Source: Octopus bimaculoides (taxonomy: Eukaryota). From it: a DNA stretch of 42,361 nt. The stretch is from positions 84,955,983 to 84,998,343 of the forward strand of contig NC_068988.1 of assembly GCF_001194135.2 (NCBI RefSeq), written 5' to 3'. Numbering within the stretch: position 1 is the stretch's first letter; every line of letters starts with the position of its first letter. A model generated the notes under the pieces. The model had not been told where the DNA came from. It ran no database searches and was given only the letters and a program-made list of their open reading frames with translations. Made by a program: the position numbers and the translations under genes. Positions 34,967 to 42,361 of this stretch are shown in pieces.

Positions 34967-35129
34967 CATATATGTGTGTGTAAATAAGTTTTCAAGGATA
35001 CATATCACCCTAACCCACACAAACATAAGCAGCAACACACATTAACTGCAAACTTTTGAATCAGTTCATGATTGTGAACAGCCCAGCCTGGGGTGAAATT
35101 CAGAGTGGACTGTCAACTTTTGATATAAT

Positions 35130-35167
<38 letters not shown>

Positions 35168-35708
35168 TAATACCCCCACCACCACCACTACACACACACA
35201 TCCAGGTTTAATAATACACACACACACACATATATATATATCCAGAATTAACAATTCAAACAATAATGCACTTTAGTTTGACAAACATTTAAATAAAATA
35301 AACAAATAAAAAACTGTGTCAAGTTGTTGATATATAAATGCCACAATATGGTTTTCTTTCATGTTTTGGCTTTCTGTAAATACAAAATATTTTTGAAAGT
35401 TTCACACCCATATGTAAACAACATGAGTAAAATCTTTATAGATTTATATATTTCAGTTTTTATGTTTCATCTGTTGTCTTGATCCAACAAGCCTGCCCTT
35501 TTACAGTTATGATCATCCCAACTAATGTAATTCTAGTATATATCTAAGACCACATTATCTAATATGTCCTTCATTGTTGCTGTAATTGTTGTTACTGTTT
35601 GACACCAGGTCAGTCCTAATCTAGCGATGAGACCTATGATGATCAAAGGGATTTCCATAGAGACCATCTTTATCTTTTGTATATTCAAGAAAAATTTTAT
35701 CCAATATG

Positions 35709-35965
35709 AGGCAGTGAGCTGACAGAATTGTTACCACGCCAGGCAAAATGCTTAGCTGTATTTCATCCATTTTTATGTTCAGTGTTCAAATTCCACTAAA
35801 CATAAAGATGATGAAATACAGCTAAGCAGTGTTCAAATTCCACTGAGATTAACTTTGCCTTCTATCCTTTCAGGGTCAATAGAATAAGTACCAATTGAGT
35901 GGATTGATGTCATCAACTTAGCCCCTGGCCTGAATTTGCTGGCCTTATGCCAAAATTTGAAACCA
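35709..35965 (+). mobile_element. SINE copy with an internal fold-back inversion
   Basis: Same family head; contains the inverted duplication 35749-35828. Confidence 0.8.
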
Positions 35966-37261
35966 ATATTATCCTGTATGAGGTTTTTCCTATTGAAGAT
36001 TGGGTCTAGCAGGTCAAGTGACTACTTATAGACACCCTCATTTGTTTTCAATCACCAGAGTGACATGGGGCATGAAATGAAAGCTATGTATTATTGAGAA
36101 AGTATGAAACAAGGGATAACTAAAAGTCTGAAAACTAGCATGGATGTATCGGGCAAATTTATGAAAATACGTTGTACAGGTAAAGGGTTAACACTACCAA
36201 CTGGACCTTGGGGCACATTTAACAGGGTTAAATCTGCAGGTAAGCATCCAGATCAAATCTCCAATGTGAAAATGATTTCCTCTCTTTTTCCAATCCATCT
36301 TAGAGGCCCTGAAAAAACAAAGGATTATGAGTCCAACTCCACCCTTTCCAAGTATGTAGTGAAAGAAAAAAACCAAAACTTTTTGCATGGTAATTTTTTT
36401 GTATAGGAAATAGTTCACCTGCACACATATCTATTTACAGATAGCTGGAATGTATATTCACACAGTATCTTTACAGTTAGAGATTCAGTATATATTTACA
36501 CCAATGATGGGATGGACTGTGCAATTCCGTCCAAATGTTTGCCTAAATTACAACCAGACCAAATGCAACAGCAGGTAGCCCTCCTGCCATCTTTCCTACC
36601 AACAATAGCATCAAGAGAACTCATCAGGGTGCTCAACCGAGCAGAAATAACAGCTGAATCTCCCTCAAATCACACCCTACAATCTTTAAAACAAAACAAA
36701 GAGAAAAGTCATAAGATAATGTAATTCTAGGTATTAGAAAAAGATAAAGGCAGAACACAGCAGCTAGAATGCTTTTGAGTATATGTCTAATACCATCAGA
36801 GGTAATTGGGAACTTGACAACAGCAGCAACAACAAAACCAACAACATTTTGTCCACCTTACCACCATCCTTCTTGAATCAGACAGGAAATGTAAACTAAA
36901 GAATGGTTATATATAGACACTATCCTCAACTATTAATATTGTCTAATGAGAACAACACAGAGAGATGTGTGTATGCAAATGCATGAGTATGTGTGAATAT
37001 GTGTGACACTGTCAGAATGTGTATGTGTGACTGTGAGCAGTGTGTATTTGAGAATATGCATGTGTGACTATGTGAGAGTATGTGTAAGTGTGGGTATGTG
37101 TAAGTGTGGGTATGTGTAAGTGTGGGTATGTGTATGTGTGACTATATGTGTGTATGTTCAGAGTGTGAATATGTGCATATGAGTGAGTGTTGTTATATGT
37201 TTGCCATTGTTTGAAGAAATTAACAATAGATTAATATATGTCAAAGTGTTCGTTTTGAGTG

Positions 37262-37326
<65 letters not shown>

Positions 37327-37374
37327 ATAAGTGAGTGAGTGAATGAGTGAGACATTTTGGTTTCAAATTCTGAC

Positions 37375-37540
37375 ACAAGGTCAGAGATTTTGGGGGAAGG
37401 AGTAAGTCAATTACATTGATCTCAGAGTTCAACTTGTTCTTATTTTAACAATCTTGAAAGGATGAAAGGGTGGAATTTAAACTCAGAAAGTAAAGACAGA
37501 CACCAGCAAGCTAGCGATTCTGCCAGTATGCTGCCTTAAA
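37375..37540 (-). mobile_element. Older SINE copy
   Basis: Reverse complement resembles the 11744-11975 family (GGCAGCATACTGGCAGAATC head). Confidence 0.65.
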
Positions 37541-37752
37541 GTGAGACATATTAATGGGCATACAGAGGAAAAGTGAACTTTCTAAATACAAAGAATAAAA
37601 TACATTTTTTACCCCATTCATTCATTATTGCTGCACCCTTCCTCCTCTTGTTTACTTATTATCATTTATATATTGTTTCTTTGTTTTAACTTCTTGACAA
37701 CATTCTATAATGCGGAATTTTTTATTTTTTATTCATTAATATTTATTTTGTT

Positions 37753-38293
37753 TCATCATCATCATTTAACGTCTGCTTTCCATGCTTTCATGGGTTGGAC
37801 GACTTCACTGGGGACTGGTGAAGCGGATGGCTACACCAGACTCCAATCTGATTTGGCAGAGTTTCAACAGCTGGATGCCCTTTCTAATGCCAACCACTCC
37901 GAGAGTGTAGTGGGTGTTTTTACATGCCATCGGCACGAAGGCCAGTCAGGCAGTACTGGCAACGGCCACGCTCAAAATGGTATATTTTACATTCCACCTG
38001 CACAGGAGCCAGTCCAGCAGCACTGGCAACGACTTCGATCGAATGTCTTTTCATGTTCCACCGGCACAAGTGCCAGTAAGGCGACACTGGTAACAATCAC
38101 TCTCAAATGGTGCTATTTATGTGCCAATGGCATGGAAGCCAGACAGCTGCTCTGGCAACGATCACGCTCGGACGGTGCTCTTAGCACTCCACTGGTACAG
38201 GTGCCATCACGATTTTGCTTTCACTTTCCCCAACAGGTCTTCGCAAGCCGAGTTTAGTGTCCAATGAAGGAGAGGTTGGCATGCGTGCCAGTC
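37753..38293 (-). mobile_element. RTE-type 3' UTR copy with four or more ~65-bp subrepeats
   Basis: Same organisation and unit order as 32736-33187. Runs into a gap. Confidence 0.85.
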
Positions 38294-38961
38294 NNNNNNN
38301 NNNNNNNNNNNNNNNNNNNNNNNNNNNNNNNNNNNNNNNNNNNNNNNNNNNNNNNNNNNTATATATTCATTTATTTATTTATATACATTTGTTTCATTTA
38401 AATACTGACTTTAATTCCTTCCTTCAATTGGACACTCAAAAATGAAAAAAAAAAAAAATCTAGAACCCCCCAGAAGCCCCATGCAAACTAACCCACAGAA
38501 ATACAATCCCAGACTGGTAGGAAGAAGGAAGGTATCTTCAAACCAGAAACTTTGACCTGAATGCTTGCAACAAAGTAATCTGCTACAAGTACTCAAGGTG
38601 CCAGATGGAGGTGATAAATCATGCAATGGATTAAGCTTATCATATACGTGTGGGTACAAGCAAATATTATTTTATCAAGTGGTAAAGACATGAGGCAGCA
38701 AAGGATAATATAAATATGTGCACACTTATTTTTAACACGTTCTTGAACACTCGAATGTGAAAGACATTTGCTGTGTGATTTTATTTCAGGACAAAAATAT
38801 TCTCTCTATAGATATTGCATGTGAAAGAACATTGAATTGAGACTACTAGACATGATGTTTGAATTGAAACTACTAGACATGATGTTTACAGCATGATTTT
38901 ACCTCATATGCTTGAACTAAATTAATCCCAGCTTGCAAGCTTCAGCAAATGTATTGTTTGC

Positions 38962-39039
<78 letters not shown>

Positions 39040-40038
39040 TATATTTTCAGGCATACAAGTCAACATAGTATACAGTGTAAACATGTAGTGTGAACACTCA
39101 AGCATAATCACTATCTTTCTGAATCCTACAGCATTTGCATTTTATGAATTTTTGGTCCTCCAAAGTTGTCTTGGTGTAAAAGTTAACCGCAAATATTGGT
39201 CTGAAAAATTTGACTAATATTTCAGAAGATATGGTAGGAGCGAATGCTCTGGCTGAACTCTAAATGAACAAGGCAATATCTACCACTGATGAGCTAAAAT
39301 CATGCCAAAACACTGTGACTTGTAATTTGCTGACATAATTTGGAATTCAGCTTTGTTTTCACAAAGCCTATAGTGAGAAATCCTGCAATGAAGATTTTAT
39401 ATTCCAATGTACAGGAGAGTGTTCAAAAGAAGAAAAAAAAATAATAATTATAATAATCATAGTTGTCATCGTCTTCATTTTAATGTCCACTTCTCCATGT
39501 TTGCATGTGCTGGATGCAATTCATAGAGGTGGTTCATCTACAGCTGGATGCCCTTCCTGTCTCCAACCTGCAGATATTTCAAAGTAAGGTAATATTTTCC
39601 CACAACTGAACATGTTCTTCACAGAAGACTGAAAACAAACAACATTATTTGTATGATGGTGATGATTATTTACAATCATTATGTGATGTCAATACAAGGG
39701 TACAAACAAACACACATGTAAACACAAGAGACACTCAGATACACACACACACAAGCTTCTTTTAGTTTCTATCTACCAAAGCTACTCACAAAGCTCTGGT
39801 TGGCTTGAGGCTACAGTAAAAGACACTTTCCCAAGGTGCCCAGTAATAGAACTGAACCCAAAACCACATGATTGGGAAGCAAATTTTTTCAATCATGCCT
39901 GCACCTACAGCCACATGTACACATATTTTATTGATACTTGCTGCTTTGTGCACTAGCACAGTACTAAATTAATTCTAGCCTTCCAAGCCAGTGTACAGCA
40001 GTAAATGTATTTCTCCATATAGGAACAAATATATTGTA

Positions 40039-41611
40039 CGAGTGGTGTTCATTAAAGATTTTGCCTGACCCACTTCCCAAGGACTGGGATAAAAATAACT
40101 TGGTCTTTCTTTACATAGCTACTACCAATGGTGACACACTTCTCTCATTGCTTTATGCAGCTGTGAAGACCTCGTCTAAAACATGCCCAGTTAATTGTGA
40201 TGCCCTTTGCCAGAAAATCCATCATTGCTACTTCATGCTGATCCCAAAAGACTGGGCATCACCTTGCATGCTGACAGTTGGACACGAGCCTTCTTTGGAG
40301 GTGATGAGTTATCATGCTTCCATTGCTTCAACTGGACTTAAGTCACAGGATTGTAGTGATAGACCCATGTTTTATCTTGTGCGATAAGTCTGCTCAAAGT
40401 GTCCTCTTTGTTTTCTTGCCAAAAGAGTCTGGGAGCAATTGATTCGTTCCTGCTTCTGAAAATGTGTGAGCATCCTCCACATGTGAAAATGGTCGTGAAT
40501 GATTTTTTTCATGGACCCAACAATTATCTTTACTTCTTGGGCTAGTTGCTGAAGTGTTATGCAGCGATCCTCCAAAATGGTAGCTTCCACTTTATGGATG
40601 GTGTTGTCATCAATGGTGGTTTAGCGAGGGATGCCGCTAATGAAAACGTCAACACTTTAATAATTGGAATGAGTCATTAATCCAATGGCTGTGAAATGCC
40701 TCTGATGCAGTAAGTGACAACAACACTCAGGTTTGAGTGTGAGCAACTTCACATCCAAGGTTTTATTCAGATGAGTAACAAACAAATTCATACAGTAAGT
40801 ACACAATGTTCAATAAAGCTATCTGGGATGAAGAAAAGGTTCTGAACATCTTGCCATGTTCCATGATGACAATGAGGAAATAGAAGTAATTCAAGCTACA
40901 AAATTTACTTTCCCACAGGCACTACATGTAGAATACCATAGTGAGGTGCAAGTAGGAAATGAGTATCTAATCCATGTGCCTGGCTCTCTCTCTCTGAAAT
41001 TGACCTTGTTGCATCACAGAGAAAAAGGGGGGAAGTTCAATCGGGATATGCTCTTAAGTAGACGATATGCTTCTAACGCCCTCCTGTGTGTCATTTATCA
41101 GATACGCCTTGCAAGCTAGCAAAAGGGGAGCAAACCAAGTTTACTTGGTTTGTTCTAGAACATTCGACAAGAGAGGTAACTGCTGTTGACTCCCAGCAGA
41201 TATTTTGCAGCTTGTGAACCTGCTTCAAATAGTGTTGTCTACAGTGAAATGTGGTCGTCCAGGAATAGGAGCAGTTTCCACCGATGTCCGACCACATTTG
41301 AACTGGTGATGCCAGTGCTTGACTATGTTGTAAGCTGGTGCATCATCAACATAAATTTCTTTCATCTAATTGAAAGTCTCTTTTGGTGTACAACCTTTCA
41401 AGTTTAAGAACCTGATCACTGATCTGCATTCAACTGCTGCCATTATAACACCTTAGTCGACTTCAGCAGCCATAAAAGACAAACATATACTAGTGAAAAG
41501 CAACAATTTACAAGGTAACATGTAGAGACATGTATGATTATACCTGTACAAATTCTGTTTTCTGCAATAACAGGAAGTGGGTCAGGGGAAATCTTTAATG
41601 CACACCCCTCA
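40039..41611 (-). mobile_element. Mariner-family DNA transposon, non-autonomous (internal deletion plus insertion)
   Basis: 39-bp TIRs at 40039-40077 and 41573-41611 (5 differences), each flanked by TA. Minus-strand transposase remnants: MAAVECRSVIRFL...GRTSVE...GRP (ATG 41443), ILEDRCIT, DKTWVYHY, KVM...WD. The distal catalytic region is deleted. Confidence 0.92.
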
Positions 41612-42361
41612 TATTTCTCCATATAGGAACAAATGTTCTGGCCTAAATCAAAATAACCAAAGTTATATCTATTATTGAAAAGGCAAAATGATGCCACAAC
41701 ACCATGATAAAAAGTGTAGCTGGCATTATTTTTAGCTTGGCTTGATATGCTTTTACACACAGTCTATGACAGAAATTACTTTCTCAAAGATAAGATTCTG
41801 GAGCAAATCCTTCAGATTCTAGAGATTAGGAACGTGATAAAATCAAATGACATGTTTATACTGTTTTATCTATTTATGTTTGCATAGGTGAGATGTGTTG
41901 AATGTTTATGGCGTTGGATACACTCTTCTTACTTTTAACAACTCAGTGTTGAACTGTTCTTTTAGTTTTTAGAGTCTAAGAAACAGAAAAAAACAGGGAC
42001 ATGCATTTATATACTCTAACAGTGGCAATGTCTGAGTGTGCCTTGTAGTAAGAACTGAACTTACAAACATCTGGTCTGTAGTCCAGCAACTTAATCACTC
42101 AGCCATTGTTTCAAACAACAGCTTATTGTCAAAATTAAAAAAAATTGTTTTGTTCAGGCATAGCTAGGAGCTGGCATGGCTGTATGGCTAAGAAGTTTGT
42201 TTTGCAATCTTATGGTTTCAGGTTCAATCCTACTGTATGGTACATTAAGCCAGTGTCTACAACCCCAGGCTAACCAATGCCTTGTGAATGAATTTGGTAT
42301 ATGGAAACTGTGTGGATGCCCATCATATATTTGTGTGTGTGTGTGTGTATTTATATATATA

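Noticed and set aside
36104-36424. ORFs as the missing N-terminal LIM exon
   Set aside because: No C-x2-C...H-x2-C pattern and no phase-2 donor in any minus frame.
38840-38890. 27-bp tandem duplication (similar small ones near 6160-6190, 9260-9305 and 37077-37133)
   Set aside because: Ordinary slippage duplications with no further structure.
39286-39320. CTGATGA-GC...GCC-AAAAC as a decayed hammerhead
   Set aside because: Position 17 would be G, stem II is marginal and there is no stem I.

Overview
Eukaryotic, AT-rich, gap-riddled (N) genomic DNA dominated by microsatellites and transposable elements. The SINE/LINE repertoire looks like a coleoid cephalopod (octopus-like); this is recognised from memory, not from a database search. 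Only two host exons can be supported: 12741-12936 and 12104-12322, both minus strand, with matching splice phases, from a hillarin-like LIM-domain gene. The rest is largely TE-derived: a full-length decayed Ty3/Gypsy (Mag-like) LTR element (21105-25904, with LTRs, PBS, PPT and a 5-bp TSD), several R4/Dong-like RLE non-LTR fragments, RTE LINE fragments and 3' ends, three tRNA-derived SINE families, a DD36E Tc1-like remnant, a mariner with 39-bp TIRs, and a TTAA-flanked MITE. The most notable observation is two unrelated type-I hammerhead ribozyme motifs (3941-4076 plus, intact; 17685-17790 minus, decayed). Both have a minimal palindromic stem III (ACAGCUGU and ACAAUUGU), as in the dimer-cleaving hammerheads of Penelope-like elements, but both also have an unusually long stem II (105 and 77 nt). 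Ribozyme activity and element class are inferences that need testing.
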